Assembly: GCA_964016885.1 (NCBI GenBank) | Contig: OZ024740.1 | Coordinates: forward strand, 125,240,001-125,304,000 | DNA length: 64,000 nt | Direction: 5' to 3' | DNA from: Eledone cirrhosa | Taxonomy: Eukaryota | In this document: positions 1-12,930 of the stretch, in pieces | How the letters are laid out: each line of letters starts with the position of its first letter | Position numbering within the stretch: position 1 is the first letter of the stretch | Notes under the pieces: model-generated | Told to the model about the DNA's origin: nothing | What the model saw: only the letters and a program-made list of their open reading frames with translations | The model's database searches: none | Position numbers and translations under genes: made by a program

Positions 1-119
1 TTTGTGTGCATGAATAAGTGACAGAAAAAATAAGTTAATGGAGGATTTAGACAGTCTCATGTGGGGGGTATCTTGTGTTGTCAGCTTCCAGTTGGACTGG
101 AGATGACTTTTCTGATGTA

Positions 120-1545
120 AACGTTGTCTAAAATCTTCTGTCTTGGGGTTTAGTTACTTGTTCAGTGAATATAATCCTTGCAAGACCCTGAATTTTTCAC
201 TGAGACAGGGTAGGCATTTCTTTGTTCGATTTATATATGTCGCTTACTTATTGAATACCTTCCACGTCATATCATGCGGTACTCCTTTTTCTTTTAGCTG
301 CCAAACCCTTTTTGCCAGTGTTGTGCTAGATTTCATATCAAGTATCCTGAATGAGGAAAGGTTCAAGTAGATGCTTTGTTTAAATTGGTTCAACACCATA
401 CCTACATAATTTTGATAGATTTCTGGCTGCTTGGTAAATTTGATTGGTACTTGTATATTTGATCTCTGTCTCTTAAACAATGGATTTTACATTACAAATT
501 TGGGCAGGCATTGTTTTTTTTTTTTTCTTTTTTTGCAAGAACATCATAGATTCACATTTGACTTGCTTTTTACAGTCATCTCGAATCATCACATGGATGA
601 TGGTGAAGAATAAGATATCCTCACTGAGCAGAAATTGAAGATCTCTCCATCCTGTGTGTGTGTGGGAGGGTGACGTTTATCAACTGGGTCCAAGAATGTC
701 TTACCTACATTAGTCTTTATGTTAAGTGAGTATCGAGGGGTGAACCAGTTTATTTTTATTTTCCTATTCCTACATGGAGGTCTATTGGGCTTTTATTTGA
801 TTTCTTCTCTAAATCCATTTTCTGAGAGTACTTTGTTGTAGTATAGCGCTGCCTTTTCAAACAATTCTCTATTAGATGATAAGCTCAAGAGTCTATAGCT
901 AATAATAGGCACCAGATTATTAAAAACTTTAGGCAGGTGGCAGGATCATCTGTTGATATAATTTAGCTTCTCATTCAGCTTATGGCATGGCTTATGTGTG
1001 CCTGATGACAGGTCTAAATTGATGTCAAGATAGTCTGAGCTAGTGAGGTTTGTATCAATGGCAATCATAAGTCCTAGGGTGCTAAAAGTGTCTATTAAAT
1101 CCTTACAAAACCTGTCTAGAGTGTGCCCGCTGCAGATATGTACCCCTAAAACAGGCCATCTTCATGATATAGGCCGGTTGTGTGGTTTGGAAATTTACAT
1201 TTAAGCATATGAAGTATGTATAATCCAACAAGATTTCATACATCAGTGTTGTTGTAGGATCCCACTGAGACGTCAAATAAAACTTGTGGGTTGGATTTTC
1301 TACCCATGTGGTGTCATGGCTAAATAGAAGGGTTCTTCAGGTATGGTAAATAAGGTCTAGTTCGTGGTCGCATATGGATCTGAAGGTATGAAGGAAGTCC
1401 AAAACCGTGCTAAGTAGTGGCTTGATAATGAAGGTGTAAAATTGGTTATATTGAACTGAGTGAATCTAGCTCTCTTCTTAGATGAGATATTTTTGAACCA
1501 GGAGATAACCATTGTTGTATTATTCCAGAGTTACAGAAATCCCAA
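120..1545 (-). mobile_element. Decayed Penelope-like retroelement (RT C-terminal half plus GIY-YIG endonuclease)
   Basis: Minus-strand translations give DYLDINLDLSSGTHKP, then YVG..FKQ..SF..TTLAKRVWQLKEKG..MTWKV..CLPCLSEKF..LN, the layout of the PLE RT thumb and GIY-YIG domain. Multiple stops and frameshifts. Confidence 0.8.
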
Positions 1546-2750
1546 TGATCATCACATACAAATTTAATTTTAATGTTATACTCAAAATATGAACAGTAGT
1601 CCTTTCATCTTCATCTTCCCCAACATAAGCACCATTGTCTGATAACACAAAATGCAACAATCACATAATTCTCTACATCTCCATTACCATCATTTTTATC
1701 ATTACAATGATAAACATTCATCATCATCATCAACCTTATCACCTCAAAAATAATCATCATCATCAAATTTGAAAAGTTTTGGTGCATTGTTTAAGAAAAT
1801 AGTATACTGCATTCTTCGCTTAACTTCACTGACATAAACGCAGCACATTGATTTTTTTGTCTTCTTTATTTTTGTAGTTTCTATCACCATATATTTTTCC
1901 GTGAGTTCCTTCTCAGTTTATGTAAATTCTTATCAACTTTTAGTATTAGATATCTTTATTTTATGTGCCATATCAGAAACATTTTGTCATCTTCAATTTG
2001 TGTGGCCATTTTATGGGGAAGTGATAAAATTTCTGAATCAAAGATTTTATGGCTATAGTTTATATTCCAATGCTACATGAACTTCATCAAATAATGATTT
2101 TATTGTTGAATGTTCTTTTTTTTTATTTACCATAGACAATATCTTGGGAAATAATAATGTTTTTCTCGGTCAAGTGACACAGTAGAATATTTTTTCTTTC
2201 ACTGAAGACTGTTTACTGCCACAGTTTATTAATTCATTTATTTTATATCTTCTTATATTAGCACATGTAATTGCGTAAATTCCAATAAGGAAAGTAAAAA
2301 ATACTATTATATAAACAACGAGGTATCATATACACAATCATACATACAGCAACGACAACACAATCCCAAGTACCAGCCACGAAATACTATAATAAAGTGA
2401 TAAAAAGTTAAAAGGATATGTCATATATTCAACAAAATAAAGACATGCCAGTACCCAACACAGGAGCTGTTATGGTTCTAGCTGTCATCATATGTAATTA
2501 AGGGATGCACATGTGATTATGGAACCATAGGTTCCTGAAACGTATATGACTATAAAAAAAAGGCATAAATCCTTTAAAAGCACAGATATATCTTCCAGTT
2601 GTCTTTGTTTCTGCTTCTTTCAATATCTTATAAGATGTTATCATATATATTTTTATATTTATAGCTATGGTATAAGTAGTTAAGATTACATATATATATA
2701 TATATATATACACACAAACATTTTTACATATACATACATATATGCACACA

Positions 2751-2784
<34 letters not shown>

Positions 2785-2785
<1 letters not shown>

Positions 2786-2965
2786 CATGATCATCATCAT
2801 TATCACTGTTTTACGTCCGTTCTTCCATGCTAGCATGGGTTAGATGGGTTGTCCTGTTGTGGGCAGTGTCCGGTCGACTAACGTCTTGCTCATACAGGAA
2901 CTGATTCTGGCCTTATTTCTACAGTTGGATGCCCTTCCTAACACCAACCTCATTTACAGTGAGTG
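2785..2965 (-). mobile_element. Short RTE-type 3' tail fragment (GAT tail) in (TA)n
   Basis: Shares TTAGGAAGGGCATCCA..TAGAAA and CCCATGCTAGCATGGAA..GACGTAAAA..(GAT)n with the 3' UTR of the RTE at 31066-31450; flanked by (TA)n. Confidence 0.7.
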
Positions 2966-2980
2966 ATATATATATATATA

Positions 2981-3224
2981 TAATATATAAGACCAAAGAT
3001 GGTTAAATGAGTTCCATATATTTTATTATGCGCATTTCAAAAACAAATATCATCATGCAATAACATTTGTGTTTTCATCAGATAAAATAGGAGGACATGA
3101 TATGAAGGTTAAAAACACTTGTGGATAGTGCAGTTTTAAATCAACATATGATGATATTTGTTTTTGAAATGCGCATAATAAAATACATGGAACTCATTTA
3201 ACCATCTTTTGATCTTATATATTA
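2981..3224. repeat. Inverted repeat (~75-bp arms), probable inverted Penelope pseudo-LTR remnant
   Basis: 2981-3058 is nearly the reverse complement of ~3146-3224; contains the hammerhead motif; (TA)n adjacent. Confidence 0.75.
3019..3089 (-). ncRNA. Type I minimal hammerhead ribozyme motif
   Basis: Minus strand reads TATTTTAT-CTGATGA-[~15-bp stem II]-GAA-ATGCGCAT-A-ATAAAATA: 8-bp stem I, conserved core, palindromic stem/loop III, AUA triplet. Confidence 0.7.
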
Positions 3225-3308
3225 TGTATACTCCAATCCTACAAACTGTAGAGTGCTTCTTATCTGATATCTGCATTGCTTTATTGTACTACAATAAAAC
3301 TCACCTCC

Positions 3309-3350
<42 letters not shown>

Positions 3351-3599
3351 TATATATGTGTGTATGTAAAAGGGAAACAGAAATAACAAAACAAATGACA
3401 CTACATGGAAGAAATATATTAGTTTAATTCTTGAAATAGCAGTAAGAGAGACTTAATGTTTCAGACACTAGTATTTCATCAGAAGATATATTTAGAAAGA
3501 GAACATAAATAGAAATTAAAGACAGATAAGAGGAAGGAACGGGGAAAATTGAGGGAAAGGGGGGGGGGGGGGGTAAACACCTTCTGAAGGCCAATAACA

Positions 3600-6500
3600 A
3601 GATATATGGCTGGAGGAGGGACAGAGAGAGGAGCAGAGTCACCTGGTGGTGGAATACCAGGGTTGATACTATAATTAAGGTTAAGAGATGGGCATGGAAA
3701 AAATGGCTAAATGGGGGAAGCAGGAACCATTACTAAGTAGCTAGAGGGAGGTTAGGCAACAAGTATTCTTAGCAAGGGGGGGAAGCAGAAAATGTCAAAT
3801 TTAAGCATGTTTTATAATGTGAGAACCAAAAGTCTGAGATGTTCAAGATTGCAAGGCAATGTATTAGGAAAAACCATGGCGTTGTTGGAGAGAAGTGCGT
3901 CCGTGATGACAATGGCAAACTCGCCCTCAGCGACGCTGAAAGGAAATTGCATAGAAATGCCATTATGAGAGACTGATGAATGAGGAGAATTCATGGGCTG
4001 AAGACAACCTGCCCCATGTGGAGCCAGCAGAGAGGCCAACTATATCAGGCACCAGCAGTGTAGTAAGTAAGGAAATTAAAGGTATGAAGATAGGAAAAGC
4101 AGCTAGAGTATCAGGAAGATTTGCTGAGAGGCTGAAAATATCTGGGGTGGTAAGTCATAACTTAATCACACATATTGCAAAGCAAGTAATACACAATGGT
4201 GTGATACCCAATGACTGGCATAGCAGCACCACTGCCAACTGCTATAATGGAAAAGGAGATTCACTATGGAGAGGTAACTACATCAAGCTGATAGACCAGA
4301 TCATGAAAGTTACAAAAAGAGTTATTGTGTAATTTTTTCAGGGATCATATTCATTTCAATGAGGGTAAAACAGAGTAAATATGAAACTGTACAGGCAACA
4401 GCATTAAAGCAGTCAATGGCAGTGATATCAAGCAAATCAAGGATTTCAAGTATCTTGTGTTCTGGACCATGGACTCTGAGAAGGATTTCACCACTAGAAA
4501 GGCCCAAGCATGGTCAGCTTACAACAAGATCAATCGAGTTTGGTGCTCAAATCTTTCCAACCACATCAAGATCAGACTCTTCCAAGTAACAATTCAATCA
4601 ATCTTGCTATATGGAAGTGACACTTTCATCCAAACAACAAAAGCACCTTGATGGCACTTACACTCACCTGCTTCAACGTATTCAGAACATAAGCTGGTGA
4701 CATCTGACTTTGAGAGAGATATATATGCCGGCCTCCCACACATATCTGTCATTGTACGTAAAAGGAGAGTAGGATTTGCTGGCCACTGTCATCGTGCCAC
4801 CTATGAGGCTGTGCCCCTATTAGTGCTTTGGAAACCACAAGCAGTCACTAATAACAATGGACACAAACTCTCCTATCACGATGTCATCTCCAGAGATTCT
4901 GGTATTGAAATCCAGGACTTGGCAACGACAATGAACGACAGACCCACGTGGAGGTCAATTGTTGAGTCCATTTCGGCTAAGGCAACCGAATGATGATGAT
5001 GATGATATACAACTAAATGAGATGCAGTTTGGATTTGTGCCAGGTAAAAGACCCACTGAGGCTCTCTTCCCTATGAAGCAATTGCAGGAGAAGTAGTTAA
5101 CTAAAATCAAGCCCCTCTAATTAGCATTTATAGACCGAGAGAAAGAATTTGACAGAGTCTTCTGCTCACATAATGTGGTGGGCCCTCAGAAAACTAGGGT
5201 CAGATAACTGGCTTGTGAGGGTGGTGCATGTCATGTACAGAGGGGCAACCAGCGACTTCAAAATTAACAATGATTATAGTGATGAATTTAGTGTGCAAGT
5301 GGGGATCAACCAGAGTTCTGTCATCAGCCTTCCACAGTTTATCATCATCCTCCAGGCTATAACAGAAAATATAAAAACCAGATGCTCTTGGGAACTCCTG
5401 TATGCTGACCAACTAACTATCATTCCTGAATCTATGGCAGAACTAAAGAAAAAGTTCCTGACTTGGAAGCATCACTTGGAATCAAAATGTCTTAAAGTCA
5501 AATTAGCAAAGAGCAAAGTTCTAGTAAGTAGTAAGGAAAACAAGGCTCTGATCCCTTCTGGAAAATGGCCCTGCTCAGTGTAGAAAAGGGGTTCGTAGAA
5601 GTTCTATTCTGTCACAAATGCAATCTATGGGTACACAAGAGATGTAGTGGGATCTCAGGTAGGCTAGCAAAGAATGTAGGTTTTCTATGTGGGCATTGCA
5701 CAGGAGCAATAAGCAGTAAACACCCACAGGAAATAAGCTTTATCAAATTCTTTGAGGGGTCCATAAAAACAGTTCACAATTTCTGTTACTTGGTTGGCCA
5801 AATTAGCAGTGGAGGTGGGTGTTTCAAATATACAGTAGCCAGAGTGAGAATGGGATGGAAACAGTTCAAGAAGCCTCTACAATTGCTAGCTACAAAAGGA
5901 TTTTCCTTAAAAATGAAAGACAGATTGTATACTGCAAGTATACAAACTTCAATGCTGCATGGCAGTGAAACATGGGACCTGCCTAGATTGAAAAACATGA
6001 AACTTGCATGCTCTGATGAATGTGTATGGCAAACTGTAAATGAAATAAGAGAAAAACTGGGCATAAGAGGGGGTCAGATGCAGTGTGCAGGAAAAAAGAT
6101 TGTGTTGGTATGGACATATGATGCATCTGAAAGGTGACAGCTGCAAAATAAGGTGCAGAGCAATCAAAGTTATTGGAAGCTGTGGAGTAGGAAGGCCAAG
6201 GAAGACTTGGGATGAGGTGATAGATCTGACCTTGAACAATTGCACTTCTCAAAGACAATGACATAGCATCAGGGTCTTTGGTATTATGCAGTAATACATA
6301 AGGGCCACCTTCCCATGCACATGGGTTGAGGCATGCTTCTAGTATGCACCACGTTTCCCTTCCTTCTCGCCCCCTTCCATACCACTCCCATGACCTAACA
6401 CTCCACCCATGCCCTAACAACCCAGCCTTCACCAGATAAGATCCCCAACCTCCAGCCCTCGCTGTAAAGTGTATGGTGCCATGTCCACATTGTAACATGG

Positions 6501-6680
6501 TCATTTTGGTGACATGTTAAAAACCACATAATTCACACTGTTAATTTGGTTATCCAAACATAGAACCAGGTCAAAGTCAGTCCTGCATGTGCAAAACATG
6601 GTCATCTGATCTGGCTTGTCTCACAACTGGACAATCCATCTAACCCATACTAGCCTTGAGAAGTGAACTGTAAACATTAA
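3600..6680 (+). mobile_element. Old RTE-clade LINE (decayed), interrupted by a nested insertion
   Basis: Fragmented ORFs are collinear with the 839-aa RTE ORF (NDW.SS..NCYNGKGD, QFGF, WELLYAD, KWPCSV..WVHKRC, GRPRKTWDE); 3' tail near 6640-6680. Confidence 0.9.
4352..5005 (+). mobile_element. Nested 3' fragment of a different RTE-like LINE
   Basis: FKYL..RKAQAWSAYNKINRVW..SILLYGS and RRVGFAGHCHRA motifs; ends in (GAT)n; host LINE reading frame resumes at ~5010 (LNEMQFGF). Confidence 0.8.
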
Positions 6681-6691
6681 TGATATATATA

Positions 6692-7360
6692 CGAGGAATA
6701 AGAGGAATAAGTGGAATAAGAGGGATCAGATGCTGTTTACTCGAGAGAAGACTACGTTGGTATGGTCACGTGATGCACATGAAAGACGACAGCTGTATAA
6801 AAAAGTGCATGCCGATTAAAATAGAAGGATGCTATGGAGTAGGTAGACCCAGAAAAACCTGGGACGATTTGATAAATTCTGATCTTACACACTTACACCT
6901 TTCCAAGACAATGTCACTGGACCGAGATCTTTGGCGTTACGCAGTAATACAGAAGACCCACCTTGCCTAAGTACAAAGCGAAACCTACAGTCAGTAGGCT
7001 CCTCCTAACCAAAAATACACCCCCACCCCACTACCCTTACCCCCACCCCCATCTACACCTAAAGTTATGTTGATGCCACAACATCCAGTCCTAAATAAAT
7101 GAGGTTGTGTAGGTGTCACAACAAAAAAACACACAGTCTACGTTGTAATATGGCCGTGTAGGTAACACAGTAAAAACCTCCCAGTCCACACTGTAAACAT
7201 GGTTCGTGTTAGGAAGGGCATCCAGCCGTAGAAAACCCACCAGACAGTCCTATACAAGCAAGACAACCAATCTTGCCTCACATGGGAGAATTCCCGTCTA
7301 AACCCATGCTAGTGTGGAAGATAGACGTTAAACAATGATGATGATGACAATGATGATGAT
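6692..7360 (+). mobile_element. Young 5'-truncated RTE LINE 3' end (same subfamily as 31066-33908)
   Basis: IRGIRCCLLERRLRWYGHVM..DRDLWRY is nearly identical to the C-terminus of the 839-aa ORF; matching 3' UTR and (GAT)n tail. Confidence 0.9.
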
Positions 7361-8719
7361 ACATATGGTTCAGTATATACATAATAATTTTTAAGTTGCT
7401 AGAGCAATGGCTAACACATTTTATCTGGCATAAAAGTACTGATGCTTCAGAAAATTTTTAATTTTTAATTTTGTAATCTATTAAAAATGAACTAATTAAT
7501 TTTAAAGTGAATTCCCATGGAGAGACTATCAAACTAAAATAAATGTATTACAAGGATACAAGTGGAGTTTAATATATATAATATTTTTACAATGTAGTTA
7601 GTTAAGAAGAAACAGGATTACATGAACAAAGATATATATAATAAAAAGTTAGAATTATAGTGATGAAAAATAGATTGCTCATATTGTTTGGTTAGAGTAA
7701 TGAAGGAGCAGCAAGTGCTTATTTTTTTGTGGGGCGGGGGGGGGGGGTCTTACCAGGCAATTTTGGAGTAAGAGACAGTGGCTGTGGCCTTCACAAGCTT
7801 TCTGAGATCACAGAGAATGAAACCATTCATGGTCTGCTTTAATAGTTGCAAGTTTACACTTTTTGGAATGACATGGGCAAGGCTGGGGTTCTAGTGAACT
7901 GACATTGTTAGTAGGAGTAAGAAGGATTGGGTATAGTTGTTAGTATAGGGCCTAAAAGGTTGAATATATCCTGGATGATTAGAGAAGGAAAAGTAAGTGA
8001 TTTGAGAGTTCTTGAGTAGAGGAGGCTTGAGACTAGTAAGCCCCACAGAGTAAAGAACATTGACAAGAAGAGACAGAGAAAGGAAACAGTATATTTGTCA
8101 GCCCAAAGCTGGATAATCAGAGACATCACACTGATTAGCCAAGTGGCTTTTCTCAGTATGTGGTCCAGGGTATCAGTGAGAGCAGCAGCAGCATTATTCA
8201 AGATATGGTCTAACATTGTACCACAAATTATATAAACATTGCAAAAGAATCCTCTTAACTTGATGCTATACATCTTTGTACTAAAATGATTTTGTTAAAA
8301 TAAAAGCTTAAAACTTCATATTATGTTAATACAATCAAAATAACAGCTGACATATAATTGTGTTTCTTTCAGCTTTACTTAACATAATTTTCAGCTACTT
8401 TTTTAATTTCTATTTTGCTTTAAACTCATTAATGCACCAATACAATTTTTTTATTGCTTTAATTACATTATTCTTCTTCAAATTGTTATTTTCTTTGATT
8501 TAAAGATATATTTAGTTTTAAATAAAAAACAAAAAGGTATGGAAAATTAACAAAGAATAACATTATGGAAACTAATTATCAAGAAAATAAATACAAAGTG
8601 AAAAAGTTGAGAAAATACAATTAAATATATAAGAGATTAGATTGATTCGAAGACTACTTTGTGTTTAAATTGAAATTAAGCTGAGAAAAAAGGATTACTA
8701 TAAATCAGAATAAAAATAC

Positions 8720-8874
8720 GTCATCGTGGGATTCGTATATTATTCCACCTTCATAAAATGTTGTGCTCCAAAGAGAATACCTTCATGTTCCAACTTCATC
8801 AGCTACAATAACAGTGAAATCATCCTCAAATCCAAAAGGACACGTTGGACAATTTATTCCTAAATATACTATTT
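8720..8874 (-). pseudogene. Exon of degenerate multi-exon host gene (in-frame TGA at 8783-8785)
   Basis: TTTTGTTTCCAG acceptor, GTATTT donor; translates IVYLGINCPTCPFGFEDDFTVIVADEVGT*RYSLWSTTFYEGGIIYESHDD. Confidence 0.6.
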
Positions 8875-10064
8875 CTGGAAACAAAAATGAATAAAAGATG
8901 GGCTGATCACAACTAAACTGCCCATCGTCACAAGTTTGCTTGGATTGATTGTATCTGTAATTTAAAAATCAGCTTCTGCACGGTGTGATATTACTGATTT
9001 AGCGTGTCTGTGAAAGGTTTCTGTGGTGTTGAGCAACTGAGTACAATACTTCCCCTGGACACGATGCCACTCCATCTAGAAATGCAAAGTTGATGTTAAC
9101 AGTAATTGTAATGAGCCATAACAGATACTGCTAAGCATTCATCTGACATTATAATGACTCAACCAATCCATAGCTCTCATTATTACTAATAATTATTTCT
9201 ACTATGCCAGCAGAGAAAATCGATTACATCAAACCCAGTGCATTTCTGGTATTTAATTTTATTGACCTCATAAGGACGAAAGGCTAAGTTAACCTCGACA
9301 AGATTTCAACTCAAAAAAATTGTTTCTAACATAGACACAAGCTCAGAAATTCAAAGGGAGAAGTTAGTTGGTTAAATTGATCAAACTATTTAAATAGTAC
9401 TCTAAGCTATCACCCCCATAAGGATCAAAGGCAAATTATCCTTGGTAGGATTTCAACTCAGAGCATGAAAAGCCACAGAAAATGCAACAAGCCATTTTAA
9501 CTAACAATTTTGTCAATCTGTTTATTATAAGGGTAGTGGATGAGAGGAAATATTGACAGTTTCCTATTTAAACACAAAGTCAGCAATTTTAATCAAGAAA
9601 AAAGTAAATTAAATCAAACCCAGTAGTTGACTGGTACATTATCAATCCTTGAAGGCGTCTGCCAGTCTATTACCCATATGAGGAACATAATAAATATTAT
9701 CAGCAACTTTGATGAAGAAGAAAGTCAATTAAATCAACCCAGTACTTGACTGGTACTTTATTTTATCAATCCTTGAACGAGTCAGTCAATCCAACACCCA
9801 CATGAAGGGACGTAATAATTATAAGTATTTCAAACAAAGGCTGGAGATGTAAAGATAATAAAATAGTTGATTTATTTTGCCTTAGTAACCCCCAGCTGTA
9901 AAATTTCTTCAACAAGAAGTGCAAGTATTCAAGCATGTGAACTGCAAAAAATGAATGCAAAACAATTTTTTAAAAAGCCTCATAAAATTATATCAGTAAC
10001 AGGCAAATTTTAAAATCTACTTTCGAAACAAATATAAAAGATTGATTAAATATAAACTTATAAC

Positions 10065-10119
10065 CCTGTAGTAGAACTGCCCCTAGATAATACAGAATAA
10101 TGTAGACACCACATGACAT
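10065..10119 (-). pseudogene. Candidate exon of the same degenerate gene
   Basis: Good acceptor (CACATCTTCAG); VMWCLHYSVLSRGSSTTG; donor weak or mutated. Confidence 0.4.
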
Positions 10120-11059
10120 CTGAAGATGTGAAATAGAAATAGGAGAAATTAAGTGCAGTTCAAATATATTTATCTTGATACAAAATATGAAAGAAATTCT
10201 ATAAATGACATTGGGTTTTTAACTATCATGCAGTCTGCTAGTTAAAGTTGTTGGTTCAATTATTCCTGTACCAGGCAATGTCACGTGTCCTGAGCAAGAC
10301 ATCATTTCACAGAGCTCCAGTCTACGTAGCTAAAAAATAACATTAGTGTCACCAGCAGTTGAGTATTAACCCTGCAATGAACTGACAATGGTCATTTCAA
10401 CATAGTCTATTTCTCTATATCAGATATCTATATCAAATATCAAGTTTAAATGTGCCTCATTAGCATTGTTTGCATATATTTCTCAAACTAATAAATTACA
10501 AAATATATCTAAAAAGATAATACTTTTTAGATACTTTTGATCCAATCAAATCAACATTCAGATAAACTTCATTCAAGAAGAAATATTAATACTAAACAGC
10601 ATTAAAGATATTATTTTAATCAGAAACACTATGTTGTACAGCACGAAACACTGTTCTGGCTTCTGATAAAACACCATAACTCTTAAAGCAGTATTTTCTC
10701 TCTTATAACATTTAGAAACCAACTAAAATTGCATTTCAAATATAACAGATATGATATTAATGTTACAGAGGTAGTGTTTGAAATAGTATTAACTTCCATC
10801 TCAGTAAGATGAAAGCTGATATCATATCTCACACTACTAAAACAAACTTCTCCTAAACAGGTTATCAATGGTTTCTTTTAAAATATCAAAACAATTTCAA
10901 TACTTGAAAAGTTAGTTTGCTTTTTTCGTCTCAGAACATAAACAAAACTGAACAAAATTCACATATAGATTATATAAAATTGAAAAGTAGACATCCATGA
11001 CAAAATAGAACTAATCGCAGAATAGAATGATGGTAGTAGTGGTGGTGGTGGTCGTTGAG

Positions 11060-11098
<39 letters not shown>

Positions 11099-11329
11099 AG
11101 AATGACATCAATAATGACATCATCATCATCATTGTTCAACGTCCATCTTCCACGCTAGCATGGGTTAGACATATGAGTGTCAAGATGTTAGGTCAACTGA
11201 ACCTACCCATGGAATTAGCATGTAATGTGGCTGAGTATTCCACAGTCTCTTGTACCCATAACATAATTCTTAAGAGCAATCAGCATGATACAGTGTAAGA
11301 AAGGTGTACATTTGAATTATATGTACAGT

Positions 11330-11500
11330 CCATCTGATGGGCTTACATGCAGTTTCCATCTACACAATTTCACTCACAAAGTTTGGGTCAACGCAAAGTT
11401 ACTGTAAAAGACATCAGCTTAAGTTACCATACACTGGGTCTTAACCTCAGGAGCTTATAATTGCAAAGAAAACTTCTTAACTACTCAGCCATGCCTGCAT
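11330..11500 (-). mobile_element. SINE family C (tRNA-like head); related copies ~19340-19530, ~38960-39130
   Basis: Recurrent GCAGGCATGGCTGAGTAGTTAAGAAG head and TTGTGAGTGAAATT..GAAACTG body. Confidence 0.55.
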
Positions 11501-11539
11501 CCGACAAATTGTGCTTTTATATGCAACAAAATGGTCTCA

Positions 11540-11803
11540 AGTCACAACTCAGAGACTCACCAGGTTGGTGCTTATCCTAGTTTCTATGGCATTAAGCAAC
11601 TGAGAGTGCAAGACTGGATGCCAGTCCATCGCAGGATTAAACCCCCAGCTATAGCTGGTACTCATTTTCAGTTGAGTGTACTGGAGCAACCTGAAATGAT
11701 GTGTTTTGCTCAAGAACACAACACACAACCCAGTCCAGTATTCAAATCCTCAACATTATGATTGTAAGTCCAACACCCTTACCACTAGACCATGTGCCTC
11801 CAC
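11540..11803 (-). mobile_element. SINE family B (tRNA-derived, CTTGAGCAA.ACA core); related copies ~10220-10390, 23570-23690, 30565-30710, 43530-43790, 47980-48110
   Basis: A/B-box-like head (TGG..TAGTGG..GAGTTCAATTC) plus shared TTCTTGAGCAA.ACA.T..TTGCTCCAG core in several copies. Confidence 0.7.
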
Positions 11804-12006
11804 ATATAACAGAAATTAGAAAAATCATTCAAACATAGTACAACATAATACCTATTGTACCATAGTAGCTAATAAAAATTCAGAAATGCTAAAAAAGATA
11901 AATATAATAAACAATTAGAGAACCTATAACAAAATTTTACTCATATTTTTTTAATTTTTGGAAAAAGAGATTTTTTTCAAAATAGTGTATTAATTTATAT
12001 AATTAC

Positions 12007-12084
12007 TTCCATTCATTTTTATGACAACATTTTCCAATATTTATTGTAGTGATTGAATATATACAATATTCTTATATTTTCTGT
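12007..12084 (-). pseudogene. Candidate exon (phase 1-1, in-frame TAA)
   Basis: TTTCTACTTCCAG acceptor, GTAATT donor; RKYKNIVYIQSLQ*ILENVVIKMNG. Confidence 0.45.
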
Positions 12085-12509
12085 CTGGAAGTAGAAAGAA
12101 TAAATTTCAGAAAATGCCAATGACTTTCTTCTTGAACATAAGTCTCCTTTTGCAAAATTTCAGCTATCCATGTACAACAAAAACATGCATACACTCATTT
12201 ATTTGATATTAACATTTTTATATATAAATATCAGTTCTGAGAAACACTTACTTGTCTATTTGTGCCCATGTAATTACTGAAGTTTTCTATGAACTAAAAT
12301 TTAGCAAAGATTATTATGAAAATTCTGTCATGTTCACTTCTAAATATGGCAATAAATAATTTATGAAAAATTATCCTTCTTTATATTTATACAAAATCAA
12401 CTCCGATCAAGAACAAAAATTATGTTCATGTGTATACTGTGCTTAATTTAAAGGCATATGAGATTATTAGAGAAGGAATAATTTGAAGTTATACCTCCTT
12501 TAATATTTA

Positions 12510-12930
12510 TCAATGTTTCTGATTTAGGCACAGGTCCAACATTTTGGGGGAAGAGAAAGACAATCGACCCCTGAATATTACTGGTACCATATTTTACCAA
12601 CTCCATAAGGATGAAAGGTAAAGCTAACTTTGGCAGGAATTAAACTCAGATTGTAATGACCCATGACTATGCCACAAAGCATGTTGACCGATGCCGTACC
12701 GATATTATATATATATACACATAATATTAATAATAATGGTTTATTTAGGCACAAGGCCAGCAATTTTGGGAGAGGGGGAAAGTTGATTAAATCGACCCCA
12801 GTCCACTACTGGTACTTTATTTTATTGACCCTGTAAGGATGAAAGGCAAAGCTAACCTCAGTGGGATTCGAACTGAGAATGCAAAGGGCCATAGCTATAT
12901 GCCACAAAGCGTATTGTCTGATGCTCTAAT
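12510..12930 (-). mobile_element. Two tandem copies of SINE family A
   Basis: Shared GGCACAAGGCC..CTGGTACTTTATTTTAT.GACCC..AAGGATGAAAGG.AAAG..TTCGAACT segment, with (AAT)n flanks. Confidence 0.8.
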
